Source: Raja brachyura
Lineage: Eukaryota
Assembly: GCA_963514005.1 (NCBI GenBank)
Contig: OY740799.1
Location: forward strand, 29,698,001-29,762,000
Direction: 5' to 3'
DNA: 64,000 nucleotides
Translations under genes and position numbers: made by a program
Part shown: positions 26,576 through 39,099 of the stretch, piece after piece
Numbering within the stretch: the stretch's first letter is position 1
Layout of the letters: the number at the start of each line of letters is the position of its first letter
Notes under the pieces: generated by a model
Database searches by the model: none
The model's input: the letters and a program-made list of their open reading frames with translations, nothing else
Told to the model about the DNA's origin: nothing

Positions 26576-27954
26576 TTAAGGCTTTTGAACCCATCCTGTC
26601 ATTTGTAAGAACATGGCAGAACTTTTATCACTTTCCCCCACTAAACAAGTATTTCTTGATTCCCCTAACATTAAAAAAATCTATTAATTTCTGTCTTGAA
26701 TATACCGAATGACTGAGCCTTCATAAACCTCTTTGGATCGAGAATTCCAAAGATTCACTTCCTGTAGGAATATATTTTATTTCTGTACAAATGACTGACC
26801 TTTATCTTGAGAGTGTGAGCCCAACATACTCTGACCAGAGAAAGTATCAACTTTGGATCTGCCTTGTCAGTCCAAACAGAACTTTTTAGGTTTCAGTGAG
26901 ATCATTCTTCCCGATTTGGAGAGTATAGGCCTAGTCTGCTTAATTTGTTCTTGTCTGACAATCCCACCATCCTCAGGAATTAGTCTGAGGAACATGGGAA
27001 ATATTTCCTTCAGTAATGACAATGAAAGTGTTCCTCAGGCAAATATGCTTTTTTTTGTCATATTTTGTTATGCTCTTGCAGATCAAAGACTGACAGATAT
27101 ATCAGATGTTACCAGCTGATGTTAGAACAAAGTAGTTGCTAATCTCATTTATATACATGTTATGCTCTTATTTTTGCTAAAATGTTCTCTCTTTAATTTC
27201 TTCGGTCCTATTTTTAAGGTTGAACACATAAATTTATAGAAATTCTATATTTGTTTCCTCAGTTTTAACCTTGCAAATGATTGATAAGGAAGTCTACAGT
27301 CAATAAAAAGGGGCACCATTACTGCCATGTTTTTATAGTGCCTAATTTCATAAATTCACCATGTCTGCTTGTGAAGTCCATCAATTGCCTGCTGAATGCT
27401 ACTTTGAATGATATTAGAACAATCCAACCAGAAAGAACACAATGATCAAGTGCTTTGAACGTTGAATATGATCATCATCTAACTACAGAGATAAACCACA
27501 ATATAAATATGGCAGCAGATTATCTCTCAGTAGATGTAGAGTTCCACAAATGGTTGTAACATTATCAATTGTTCACCTCATAAATCATCTTGTACTTCTG
27601 TTCCATCTTTTCTATGATATTGGGCTGAATCATTTGAGTCAATGGCTGGCAATTACTGTATGAGGGTAATTGCCAGCATGTACGTTTTCTTCAGATTAGA
27701 AGGCAGGGCATGTGCCATTCAGCAAACGTTATAAATCTTTGTGTGTCCCATGATATCTGAAACACCTTCCTCCTTAATACTGACCTTATCCAAGTACTCC
27801 TCCCTCATGTTCTTCCAGTTCCTGTTTCTTGGAGACTACAGATGAGAAGTATTCAATGAAGACCTTACTCACTACACTTATAGACCCTTCCTCTGACATA
27901 ATTGTAAAATTGTGTACAGTTCCTGTTTTCTTGTGAAGGGCAGGCTGCTCAAAG

Positions 27955-28210
27955 GTTCTCCAATTTGATTCCTGGGATGGTGCGTTTGTTGTACAAGGGG
28001 AGATTTGGCAGAACAAACCTCTATTATTTTGAGTTTCGAAGATTGAAAGGTAATCTCATGAAAACATATAGCATTCTTTCAGGGCTAGCAAGAGGTGATA
28101 TTTCCCCAGCTGGGATGTCCAAAACCAGGGGTCACAACCTCAGGAAGACAGTTTGGCCATTTAAGACCGAGATGAGAAGAAATGTGTTCACCAAGAGCAC
28201 TGTGAATCTT
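27955..28210 (+). mobile_element. CR1 3' fragment
   Basis: EFRRLKGNLMKTYSIL...KTRGHNLR...FKTEMRRNVFT. Confidence 0.8.
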
Positions 28211-29059
28211 TAGTGTGATTCGTGTGCCAGTTTAAAGGATTAATTCCATTTGCCAAAGTTCCACCCCACTTACTATCCTTAATGATATCTTCTAAATTCT
28301 TGGCTGTCAGAGAAAGGACCAGGAGTATTTGGGATACAACACAGGATTGAAATTGGTCTTGGCAGTATTTTAATTTGTCCATTTAAGTCATTGAAATGGA
28401 TTATAAATACCTGAAACTCATCACTGACCTGTCAAATCATCCACAAACGACGAATTACCCAATATGAAAATGGCGCATTTATTTTTACTTTTCTTTCTCA
28501 GTCTATTAACCAAATTTTCACCTCCATCCCCTTGACTACAACTTGAGCCAAATATATTGCCAACAACTTCCATTTCTCAAATGTTTGAGACCCAAATGAC
28601 CAAGCGATGTGGTCCATCATGAATTCCAGTAATTAAAAATGGTATTAAGTGTAAGGTAAAAGTAAATCAAGTTGTTAAAAAGCAGTAAACCTGAAGATTA
28701 GGAACCAAGCATGACAAGGAAAATGGAATCAAAGTAAACTAGTGAGAAATGTATCAGGATTGCAAGGTAAAGGTATGTAAATATATATTTTTTAATGTGA
28801 CAGGAATGTGGGTCTTTTGTGCAAAATATATAATGGGGGAAAAAGAAATGGCAATGGGATTGAGCACATAATTTGTGGCTGATTTCGCAGAAGAGGACAC
28901 AAGAAACTGCCCAAAAATCGTGTAGATTTAAGCTCGAGTGCAAATTAGGAATTGAAAGAAATCAGTATTAATAAAGAACTACTACTAGAGAAGTTAATGA
29001 ACCTGAAAACTAATACTGTAAATCCCAAGAACCTGACAATCTACATGCCAGTATTTAAG

Positions 29060-29565
29060 AAGGAACTGCAGATGCTGGAAAATCGAAGGAAGACAAAAAT
29101 GCTGGAGAAACTCGGCGGGTGAGGCAGCATGGGGCGACGGAAATAGGCAACTTTTCGGGTCTAAACCCTTCTTCAGACTGATGTGAGCGTGGGGGTGGCG
29201 GGAAGAAAAAAGGAAGAGTTGGAGCCAGTGGGCTGAGGGAGAGCTGAGAAGGGGAGGAGAAAGTATGGACTACCTGAAATTAGAGAAGCCAATGTTCATA
29301 CTGCTGGGGTGCAAACTGCCCAAGCGAAATATGAGTTGCTGCTCCTCCAATTTACGGTGGTCCTCACTCTGGCCATGGAGGAGGCACAGGACAGAAAGGT
29401 TGGATTTCGGAATGAGAGGGGGAGTTGAAGTGTTGAGCCACCGGGAGATCAGGTTGGTTATTGCGAACCGAGCGGAGGTGTTCGGCGAAGCGATCGCCAA
29501 GCCTGCGCTTGGTCTCACCGATGTAGAGCAGTTGTCATTTAGAGCAGCCGATGTAATAGATGAGG
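29060..29565 (-). mobile_element. Penelope-like 3' fragment with terminal repeat
   Basis: LSVLCLLHGQSEDHRKLEEQQLIFRLGSLHPSSMNIGFSNFR. Minus-strand CTGAAGAagggtttagacccGAAA at 29148-29176. Confidence 0.88.
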
Positions 29566-29904
29566 TTACATCTACACATCCCAGCATGTTTATAAGATAG
29601 TTAAGATAGTAGATGCTCTCATTTATCATCTTCCTGCATTGTATAGATTCTGGAATGTTTCTTAAAGATTGGTGATTAACAAACATAGCCCACAATTTAA
29701 GAATGGAGGGAAAGATAAAACAGCAATGTACTGACCTGGTTGTATCAGCAATAGGGTAAATGCTGGATTTATAATAAACAATGTGATGTCAAGACATTTA
29801 GAAAATAGCATGATTGAGTAAAGTCAATGGAGGTTTATAACATTGAACTCGGATTTGACTAATCTATTGGAAGTCTATGATGATCTTGTATGATCTATGA
29901 TGAT

Positions 29905-30440
29905 CTCAACCCTCACCAACTTCTACAGATGCACCATAACAAGCATCACAGCTCGGTTTGGGGACAGCTCCATCCAAGACCAACAATCATTGCAGAAAAT
30001 CTGGACACAGTCCAGACCATCACACAAAACAACCTCCCTTCTATTTACTCATTTTTTACCTCGCGTTGCATCGGCAAGGCCAGCAACGGAATCAAGGACA
30101 GGTCACACCCTGGCCACCCCATCCTCTCTGCTCTCCCATCGGGCAAAATGTATAGAAGTGTGAAAATGCACACCTCCAGATTCTTTCCATCTGTTATCAG
30201 GCAACTGTACCATGCTACCGCAACCAGGGAGCGGCCCAGAATTACTATCGGACTATTTTTGATAGGACTTTACTGGCTTTACCTTGCACTGAATGACATT
30301 CCCTTATTGTGTGTTTGTACACTGTGAATGGCTCGATTGTAATCACATATTGTCTTTCCGCTGGCTGGTTAACTAGCAACAAAAAAGCTTTTCACTGTAC
30401 ATCGGTACATGTGACAATAAACTAAATTGCACTGAACTGA
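29905..30440 (+). mobile_element. Rex1-like LINE 3' fragment
   Basis: TLTNFYRCTITSI, IKDRSHPGH...LPSGKMYRSVKMHTSRFFPSVIRQL, and a gtgacaataaa tail. Confidence 0.85.
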
Positions 30441-30444
30441 TTGT

Positions 30445-31310
30445 AGCCTAGATGAAGGAGAACTAATGGATATGGTATGTTTATAGGTTTGGCTGCCTTT
30501 CAGTGAATCCCACATAGGTAGTTGGTGAACTAGTCGAAAGCAAGCATACATTCAGAGCCAGTTCGATGATAGAAAGCAAAAAATAGTAATGGGCCTTTCT
30601 TCGGCTAACAGGCTGTGATTCATTGGGTACCACTGTGATTAATACCTGGATCCTACCTATTCACAAATAACATCAACAATTTGGCTGAGGCAACCATGTG
30701 TAATGGTTTCAGTTTTGATAATGACATGATACAAAGTGGGAATGCGAGTAGAAATACAATTGCTAAGAGGCTCAACTGCACATACACAAGCTATGAGAAT
30801 GGACCACACAGCAAATGCAGTAGAATGGGGAGAAATGTAAAATCATTCACTTCAGTGCAAAACACAGGAAAGTGCAACATTTAATTGGGACGTGTTTATG
30901 ATCAAAGAGACCTGGAGGTACACAAGTCATTGAAAGCAGGCAATTAGGTAATTAAATGGTACATTGGCCTTTTTTGCGAGAGAAATGCACTATAAAAGTA
31001 AAGATATCTTGTTACAATTATATAGTACTTTAGTGTGATCACAACTGGAGTTCAGTGAAGATTCACCAGACTGATTTCTGGAATTGGGGCGTGTAATATG
31101 TAGAGAGATCAAATAGACCAAGCCTCACTTCTCTACAATTTAGATGAATGATAGGTGACCTCATGGAAACATACAACATTCTTCGAGGGCTTGGCTGGTT
31201 AGATTTGCGATAGACATTTTCCCTGGGTAAGGAGTCTAGTACTAGATACGCCAGTTTGTGTTATGTAAGCCAAGAAGGATTGTGGTAAATCTTTTGAATT
31301 CGGCTTTCAA
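30445..31310 (+). mobile_element. Old, highly degenerate CR1 LINE
   Basis: Scattered CR1-like segments such as tataaaagtaaagatatcttgttacaattatatagtactttagtg and ggtgacctcatggaaacatacaacattct. Confidence 0.65.
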
Positions 31311-31317
31311 AAGAGAT

Positions 31318-31935
31318 CAATACAGTACAATACAATTCATTGTCATTTGAATGTCAAAAGAAGTTCAAACAAAATTTGGTTTCTGCAGTCATACAACAAG
31401 AAAAGAACCAAGACACACAACCAACACAATTTACACAAACATCCATCACAGTGAATCTCCCCCTCACTGTGATAGAAGGCAAAGTCTTGTCTCTCCCCTG
31501 TGTTCCATTCTTCTCCCGATGTTAAAGCCCCCGGCGGGCGATGGCCAGTCCCGCGGCCATTAAAGCCGCACTAGGCGATGCAAGGCCGGCACTGGGTCAT
31601 CCTCAACCCCTCAACTCGGGTGGGAGAAGTTGCCATTGCAGGAGCTCCAAAAAGCGGTCTCCCACCAGGGACCCCCCGCGAGCTCCCGAGGTCACCGTCC
31701 ACCGGACCTGCGGCAGGAGCCTCCGAGCTCCGGAGTCAGGTCGCAGCCGTGCGCCACCACAGCCCCCCACGCTCCGAAGCTGGCCAGCCTCACGACGGCA
31801 AGTCCGCAGGCCCCGCGACCGGAGCGCCCAGGTTGTACCGGTTGGAGGCCGCTCCACGGTGCTAGGCCCCAACGACAACGGAGACACGACAGGGAAAACC
31901 TTGGGTAACCCGTACAGGGACGAGATTTAAAAGTG
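31318..31935 (-). mobile_element. GC-rich non-autonomous retroelement with a LINE-type 3' tail
   Basis: The minus-strand end is caaatgacaatgaattgtattgtactgtatt (gacaat(a)aa plus microsatellite, as in the Rex1-like tails here). The body is CpG-rich and the ORFs show no recognisable domain. Confidence 0.55.
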
Positions 31936-31936
31936 A

Positions 31937-32316
31937 TCGCGTGGTGCAGCACTCAAATGATGTGCAAATGACGCGCCAACGGCGTACTGGTGGTGCATGG
32001 TTACGGACGTTGACACACAGTGATGCATAATAAATTAGCATCGGCAATGTTCGTGTGCCTCTGTGCGTAACCATGCATCACCACGCGCTACACGTACGCC
32101 ATCAGTACATCAGCGTGTGCAAGGGATATATCACGCAGGTGGCACGCAAGGATTTTGAGCCTCACAAAATCCCGAGGTGCCACGCATTAATTACCACGCG
32201 TCACTGCATACAACACTACGCCTCACCACGCGCCGTGTACGCGTCACGACGCGCCAACTAATTTTTAGGATGTCGCGTAAATGATGCACAATTGACACCC
32301 AAGTGGGACAGGCACT
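31937..32316. mobile_element. PIF/Harbinger-like MITE with one end missing
   Basis: Right TIR caagtgggacaggcact followed by TAA. About 48 terminal bp match the reverse complement of the left end of 55358-55566. Confidence 0.7.
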
Positions 32317-32889
32317 TAAGAGTTTCTAAATGGTAATACATCCTATTTTCTGTATAAGCGAAAATAAAGTGATAAACCCTGAGGTACTCAGTTCACTGAG
32401 AATATAAGGGTTTATGTTTGTTTCAATATGAGCTGGTGTTCGTCTCTGAAAGTTGCCATTTGCAATTAGATCAAATAAATTATATTAGGACACAGTTTGG
32501 ATTATGCAGGCAAATATTGATTGATTCAGTTTTGGTATAATCATTATTTTATTTTGAATCAATACAATACAATACAATACAATACAATTTATTGTTTGTA
32601 TTGTACAATCAGTCATTTTACTAAGATGTTTTTTTGCTTTTTAATATTAACACCTCATAGATACATCTTGATTCAGTTCTCAATGACCAGATTGTGTCTC
32701 TGAAGCATGAGATGCATGATTTTTTTTCCCCATGATTTATCTCATTTAAACATGTTGGAACAAAATGTTAAACATTTCTTTGTTCTAAATGCAATATGCT
32801 TGGGCAAATGTTTCGGTAATATGGAACTTTACAAAGCTTGGTTTTAGAAATCCTTCATTTAAAGTTAGATACTTACTGGAATCTCAGCC

Positions 32890-33215
32890 TTAGTGTGGCT
32901 ACTGGACAGCTGCAGCAACTGATGTTAACCCTCACCATTGGTGCTGTCGGTGGAGTTTGCACTTTCTTCCTGTGACTGCTCGACTTCTTTTGGGTGTTCC
33001 AATTGCTTCCCACCTCCAACTGAATCCTATAAACTGCCCTAGCCTAGGTGGGTGCCAGAGGAATTGTGGAGAGATGGGAGTGGATGCATGAGCGGTGGAA
33101 TGTATGGCTACGTGAAAGGGGATATACTTCCGGGGAAATACTGTAAGTGGGAGAAAGGGCCTAATAGGGATACTGTGAGAGTTACCTTAGACCCAGTGGA
33201 CTGAATGGCCTTATA
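32890..33215 (+). mobile_element. Old V-SINE
   Basis: ggtgctgtcggtggagtttgcactttcttcctgtgact...caattgcttcccacctcc resembles the V-SINE core, with a ggactgaatggcct tail. Confidence 0.6.
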
Positions 33216-33422
33216 AGGTGTAAGGAAATATGAGAAAAATGAACACTATCAGTTGCATGGGTGTAGATCGCGCTTACAGTAGAGTGATAAAGAGAATGGT
33301 AAAAAGATCTTTATTTTATTGCAGAAGAAAACCCACTTCCACTTTAATTAAATGCAACTTATCATTTAATCATGTTCTGTATACGAATTAAAATTACTGA
33401 CATCTTATCCTGTCTTTGCCAG

Positions 33423-34087
33423 AGGAGAATCTTTACCAGCGGGAAGCCTCTGCGGAAGAAGAACTCCACGATGGACATATCCCTAAACAATTTGTAGGTT
33501 TATTACATGGTTCTTCCCCAGCTTGTGAATCTCCAGAGAATCCTTATCATCTGTACACTAAAACGCAGAGGGAGTTCACCAGTGACAACACCTTGAGAAT
33601 CAAAGAATCAGCCCAGGAGCCAGATTTAATTAAAACAGATTCACTACAATGTACAGATGAAACAAACGAGGCACAAGTGCTGCACGATGATGGTGATACA
33701 TCAATATTAGACAAAGAAGGCAAACCTCAAGTTGTTTATAAGACAATTTTCCATACAAAAGTGAACCAGAGTGACAGTGACACTTTTGTCAGCACCAGAA
33801 CTTTTCGGAAAGACGATCCCTGGATAAGCAACATTGGAGAGAAGCTTGGCTTTGAAGATAGAGCATGCACTTTAGGACGGGTAAGATCAGGAACAAAGAC
33901 TATTCTTGAACTGCAGTTAGCCAGAAACATTTCAAAGTCGGACTCCAATCTTATTACTTGCTCACCTATTGAAGAAGAATCGAGGAACACACGTTGTGAG
34001 TCTGTGTCAAACTACTTTAAGGAAACCAAACAATGCACCGGAAAATGTTTGGAAAGAACACCTTCCTTCACAGCTGAATGGGAAGAG
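33423..34087 (+). CDS. ANKS1B: ANKS1B large internal coding exon (QFVGLLHGSSPACESPENPYHLY...RACTLGRVRS...SKSDSNLI...ERTPSFTAEWEE), phase 1 to 0
   Basis: Lies within the 246-aa ORF 33416-34156. Acceptor tcttatcctgtctttgccag and donor GAG/gtaaga; 665 nt. Motifs match recalled human ANKS1B (QFAGLLHGSSPACESPENPFHLY, ERACTLGRIRS, ERTPSFTSEWEE) better than ANKS1A (EKSPSFASEWDE). Confidence 0.95.
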
Positions 34088-34264
34088 GTAAGAGTCAAAG
34101 TACCATCTGTTCCAAATGTATTTTTGATTGAGGTTCCAAGAATGCACAGAGTTTAATTTGTGATTCAATAGGAACAAATATGAAATTAATAAACCAATAC
34201 AAAAATAAAATTATTAATTAGAATAGAGAATGATGTCTAGTTCTTTGTAGCAGATAAATAAATA

Positions 34265-35070
34265 GAACAAAGTGCTGGAGGGACAGTGGATCAGGCAGTA
34301 TCTGTGGAGGGAATGGAAATCAGCATTTCAGCTTGGGGGCCTTTTCAGACTGATTGCGTGAGGGGGCAAAAAAAGGTGGAAAAGAGAGGTGGGGATGGGA
34401 CAAAACCTGGCTTTGATAGGTGGATACTGAGAGTGGTAAGCCCTATCTTGGCAGCAGGCAAGATATCTTGACACAGAAATTGAGAGCAAGGAATCGCATC
34501 TTTGTAAGAGGCAGGGTGGTGGGAAATGTAGTCAAAGTGAGACACAGATTCGCGTGCACCTCTTTTAACCTCATGTACTGCATTCAATGCTCCCCATGTG
34601 ATTTCCTGCACATTGGTGAGACCAAGTATAAATGAGGTGACTATTTTGCCAAACACTTCTGCTCTGTCCACCAAGGCCCGATGGAACTCCTGCTTAGTAA
34701 CCATTTCAAATCCCCTTCCCCTTCCCATTCTGACCTTTCTGTAATTGGCCTCCTCCATTGCCAGAGTGAGGCCACATGCCAACGAGAAGAACTGCACCTC
34801 ATATTACACTCGGCTAGCTTACAACTGTAGTAGTCATATAGCCAACATTGAATTCTCCAACCCACCTCCCCAGCAGTGCTCAAACTCATTTCTCCCATCA
34901 TCTCTAACCCTCCCCCCCCCCCCACCCATTCACACTGCTCCTTCCCCTTCCTTCATATGCTCATCTCTTATCACCGAATCACATTTATTTTTATACCCCT
35001 CCCCTTTCCTCTTGCACCCATATCTGACAATACATTTCACTCCTCATCTATCCTTACCGAACACCCTTTC
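34265..35070. mobile_element. Penelope-like fragment: inverted terminal repeat followed by a + strand GIY-YIG remnant
   Basis: Minus-strand terminal repeat at 34265-34420, then VRHRFACTSFNLMYCIQCSPCDFLHIGETK on the + strand. Confidence 0.8.
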
Positions 35071-36936
35071 AGTAAACTGAAGTCCTGTGCTTCCTAATTA
35101 AACAGCGCTTGCTCATTTATTATTGATATCTTTATCATGCTGTATAAACCAGCTTGATACAATAAATCATCTATGATTTTTAGAGGCACCTTAACATTAT
35201 GAATGTAATGAAGAAGAACCTAACTGAGTCTCCCACAGATTGTTTGGCTTAGCTTACCCTCAAATTTAACCAAAACAAATTTGAGGAATATCAATACTTC
35301 TTTGGTAAACTTTAAACATGTTTGTGAGTGACTGCATTCTGGGCTGAATGTCCCCAATACCACCCCCCCCCCCCCCTTCCCCCCACCTCTCCTTGTCCCA
35401 GACCAAAATGTCACTGTATCCTGGAACTTGGTCTCCTATCCACTGACTGTGTGGTTTTTTTAATCAAAAATTAGGTTGGTCTAAGTCAGAAGTTCATGTG
35501 GTACAGTCATTCCACTCACATCATCTGATTTATGTTTTAATGAAGAGGGGGTGTGGGTTGTGGAGGTTCCATCACTGTTCCTGAAGAAGAGAGATGAATC
35601 GCTCTACGCCGTATCTGCTCCTGTGGCAGATGAAGGTGCTCACGTGTTGTAACTCTCTGCTCACACAGGACAACACCCTGTTGATGTGCGTTATCTCCAT
35701 CTCTATTGAGCCGGCAGCTCGTTGCTGTTGTGCAGCGACCCTTTGCTCCTGACTTGTGACTCACTCGCCCCTCTGCCCACAGGCTGCATATGGATGAGGC
35801 ATTGAATTTGCATGGGCCCCCTCTCCTGTGTGATGGTGTCTCTCCTATTCCTCAATGTTTTTGCCCAGACAGAGATGAAAGACATTGAGCAACCCTTTCA
35901 TTTTCAACAAGGTTTGATCAGTGTGGCAGTTACAGGTGGTTTAACACCATTGTTAAGGTGAGTGCATGGGTCTACATGTAGGAGTGAAGAGGACCACAGG
36001 CAGCCAGCGAGTAGCATTCACTGATAAAGGCACATGCTCCTCTTGTGTGCACAACAAGGACATCAAGCTGCTCTCTGGTGGCTTATTGCTGTTCCTTTGA
36101 TGCTTCAAGCTGCTTCTTTCCAGCAGAAACCAGAGGTGAGAGAGCAGATTTCTGCAGCACTCAGCAAGGATCAGACTTCATGAGGCCTCCACATCCGCAA
36201 TCAGTTGCTCTCTTGTAAATAAGTACATGCAGGCTCCAGCACAGAGATCATGCACCCCTGGCTTCAACCAGCCTCCTGTCAAAGGCTGGAAATGCACTGC
36301 TCCGTGCTTCTTGTCATTGGATGCCCTTGCTGAGATAGGTCTGACAGCTCACTCATTATCTCACTGTGTATCTGCATCAGTCTGTCATGAAAGCATCCTA
36401 ATTGTGGGCCTCATACAAATTCTGTAAGGCTGTGGGGATGTGTGGACCTCCTTCCAGCAACTCATGCACCAAAGTCTGCATAACCCTTGCCAGCCTTCAG
36501 CTCACTACTTCACTTGCGGCTCCATATGACATCTACGTCCAACAATACATATTCATGTCTGGGATAACAGTCTCCAGGACGTTGCTCTCAAGTGTCAGCT
36601 GCAATGAAGTACTGTGAACCTCCTCATCATCAGAATTATCCGCCTCCAGTATTTTTTCTTCTCTGAGCGGCCTGTAACCAAAAGTTGAGACAGAAACTTG
36701 CTACGCTTGCAAGGTTTGACCAAAATGTTTTTATCAGGGGGTTCAGGGGTTATGGGCAGGAGAATGGGATTGAAAGGGAAAGATAGATCAGCCATGTTTG
36801 AATGGCGGAGTAGACTTGATGTGCTGAATGGCCTAGTTCTGTTCCTATAACTAATGAAAGACTCTGCAGCATAGCAAATGGTATTAGGATGTCCACTGAT
36901 GACAAAATCAAGAGGGATGTAATATTCATAATGAAA

Positions 36937-37150
36937 TGTGTAGGAAGGAACTGCAGATGCTGGTTTAAACCGAAGATATACACAAAATGTGGGAGTAACT
37001 CAGCGGGACAGGCAGCATCTCTCGAGAGAAGGAATGGGTGGCGTTTCGGGTCGAGACCCTTCTTCAGAATGCAAAAGGATAGCGACCTGAAACGTCACCC
37101 ATTCCTTCTCTCCAGAGATGCTGCCTGTCCCACTGAGTTACTCCAGCATT
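36937..37150. mobile_element. Fold-back Penelope terminal-repeat element
   Basis: Arms of about 66 bp (about 36986-37053 and 37083-37150) are nearly complementary. Confidence 0.85.
37036..37070 (-). ncRNA. Minimal type I hammerhead ribozyme-like motif
   Basis: Minus strand reads attCTGAAGAa-GGGT-ctcg-ACCC-GAAAcgccaccc: CUGANGA, stem II and GAAA are intact, but the cleavage triplet is GCC instead of GUC. Confidence 0.6.
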
Positions 37151-37445
37151 CAGAATGAAATGTTGTTCATGAGCATACTGGTTGATTGAAGAATATCCCT
37201 GAGCTGGTTTGTGGCTCAGTAACCCCTGCAGTGGGCAGACATAGTCTCCTATGTGTGGATAACGTATTGACCTCGCTTGGCCCCCCCCTCCTGCCTGCAA
37301 GTCTTTCTCCTATTCCTCAACGTCTTTGCCCAGATAGAGATGAAAAACCTTAACTGTTTCATATCCCACATTTGAAGCCTTACCTATGTGGCAGATGCAG
37401 GAGATTTGATGCCATTGCTAAGATGTACTCATCTACATGTTGGAG

Positions 37446-37540
37446 TGAAGAAGGGTCCCGACCCAAAACGTCTCTCATCCTTTATCTCCAGCGATGCTGC
37501 CTGACCTGCTGAGTTACTCCGACACTTTGTGTCCATCTAT
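37446..37540 (+). mobile_element. Penelope terminal-repeat fragment
   Basis: tgaagaagggtcccgacccaaaacgtc...gatgctgcctgacctgctgagttactcc. Confidence 0.75.
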
Positions 37541-38012
37541 GAGTAGTATTTCTGTGTGTTTCAGAGTTCACCTTGAAATATCACATGCAATTATAAAAAT
37601 ATATTTTTGCAGCAGGTGACCACCTCCTGGCATGTTCTTCAAAGGTGGCACTGGAAGACCTCCTGGACCTCCAGTACACAAGGCTCCGCTGCTGCATCAC
37701 CAGACTGCTGGTGTTTCTCTGTGAAATTCACACAACTCTATCCTGCCTCTATTCCTCCCAAGGCAGCCATAATATTTCCTGCCTGTCTGGGTGCCATGGT
37801 GAATGTGTCTTTAATGGCTACCCACTTTTGTGATTGGAGCCACAACAATGTGTTTCTTGGTGCATAACACCATGGCATTTTTGGACAATTTATGGAGTGT
37901 CTGAGCTACATCCAATTAGGAATTAACCCTCTGTACAGTGCATATTTAGCACACGAAAAGAAAGATAAAATCCATTTTCTACTCTACGCTGTCATTATGA
38001 CAATATAACTAA

Positions 38013-38592
38013 TGCCCCTGTCCTACTTAAGCGATTTTTTAAGCGACTACAGGTGACTAGGCTGTTGCCACATGGTCGCTGGGTTGTCGCCTGTATGGTC
38101 GTGGGTGGCCTCCTCGGTTGCCCAAAGAATGGTACGGTTTTTCTGGTCGCCGCTGGATTTTGAAATCTTCAAAATGTTTTGGCGACCGTTGCCTTGACGC
38201 CAATGAGCATAGCTTGACTTCTCATGTGCTGTCTCATGTGCTGTCATAGGTTGTCACCAGGAAAACCATGTTGCCACATGGTCTCTAGGTTGTTGCCCAT
38301 GCTGACTTCGGTGAATTCCATTGGCGATTACCTACGTCAACGTACTTCAATCGGCGACAGGTACCGGCAACTGAATTAGCTTCAGTTGTCTTCAGTTGTC
38401 ACCAACAGGGTCGCAGCTTGTCGTGGGTGGACGTAGGTTGACTTTGGTTGTCGTAGGTTGTCACCTGTGTGGTCGTAGGTTGTCGTAGGTGAACATCCTA
38501 ATGGGACGCCAGTTGCCGGTAGCTTGCCGTAGCCTGACGTCAACTAGGTGGTTGGTTGGTGTAGACATTGTCCTAGACATTGTCATAGGGGG
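38013..38592. mobile_element. Probable Harbinger-like non-autonomous element with internal short repeats, one TIR visible
   Basis: TAA followed by tgcccctgtcctactt resembles the ctgtcccact TIRs of the other MITEs. The body has many gtcgtaggtt-like repeats. Confidence 0.5.
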
Positions 38593-38829
38593 TTCATTCA
38601 TCATTTTACATTTATATACAATTATCATATTTTAAGTCAAAATATAATTGCTTTTCGGAGGCACAGAGAGCAGGGGTGTAACTAGTCTGAGCTAACAGTT
38701 GTAATTGATCTCATGGTGAGTTTAAGCAGAACAGAGAAGCACTGCCTTTGCTTTTGCAGGTGTGCAAAACACTGGAAAGGATGATCCTGTTTTTTTAGAG
38801 ATTAATGGTTTTCATTATGCTCCTTGCAG

Positions 38830-38902
38830 ATTGATAAAATCATGAGCTCCATTGGTGCTGGAATCAATACTGGTCTAAAAGGAAAGCAAATTGATGCTTC
38901 AG
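38830..38902 (+). CDS. ANKS1B: ANKS1B coding exon (IDKIMSSIGAGINTGLKGKQIDAS), phase 0 to 1
   Basis: Acceptor ctccttgcag and donor CAG/gtaagg; 73 nt. It continues EWEE into IDKIMSSI as in ANKS1B. Confidence 0.93.
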
Positions 38903-39099
38903 GTAAGGTGCAAAACCTACATCCACATTCAATTCATGATAAAAGGTATGAATAGGATTCTTCATGTCACTTGTCAGTGAGATGCTATTTAAAAAAGCCT
39001 TGCTAACTCAATTTAGTGAATGTGTTTTCTTCTTAGATTTCTATTAGCGTATGCTTAGTTAGGAAGGAAATGGACAAATTAATTAGCGTCTGTATTAAT

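Noticed and set aside
31541-31952. Overlapping 86-129 aa ORFs on both strands
   Set aside because: An artefact of high GC in a repeat; no domain, splice structure or codon logic.
33416-34156. 246-aa ORF as a standalone single-exon gene
   Set aside because: It starts at TTG within the acceptor and reads through a donor at 34088. It is an internal ANKS1B exon.
38380-38590. Short gtcgtaggtt repeats as a CRISPR-like array
   Set aside because: Irregular 9-11 bp degenerate repeats without unique spacers, in vertebrate transposon context.
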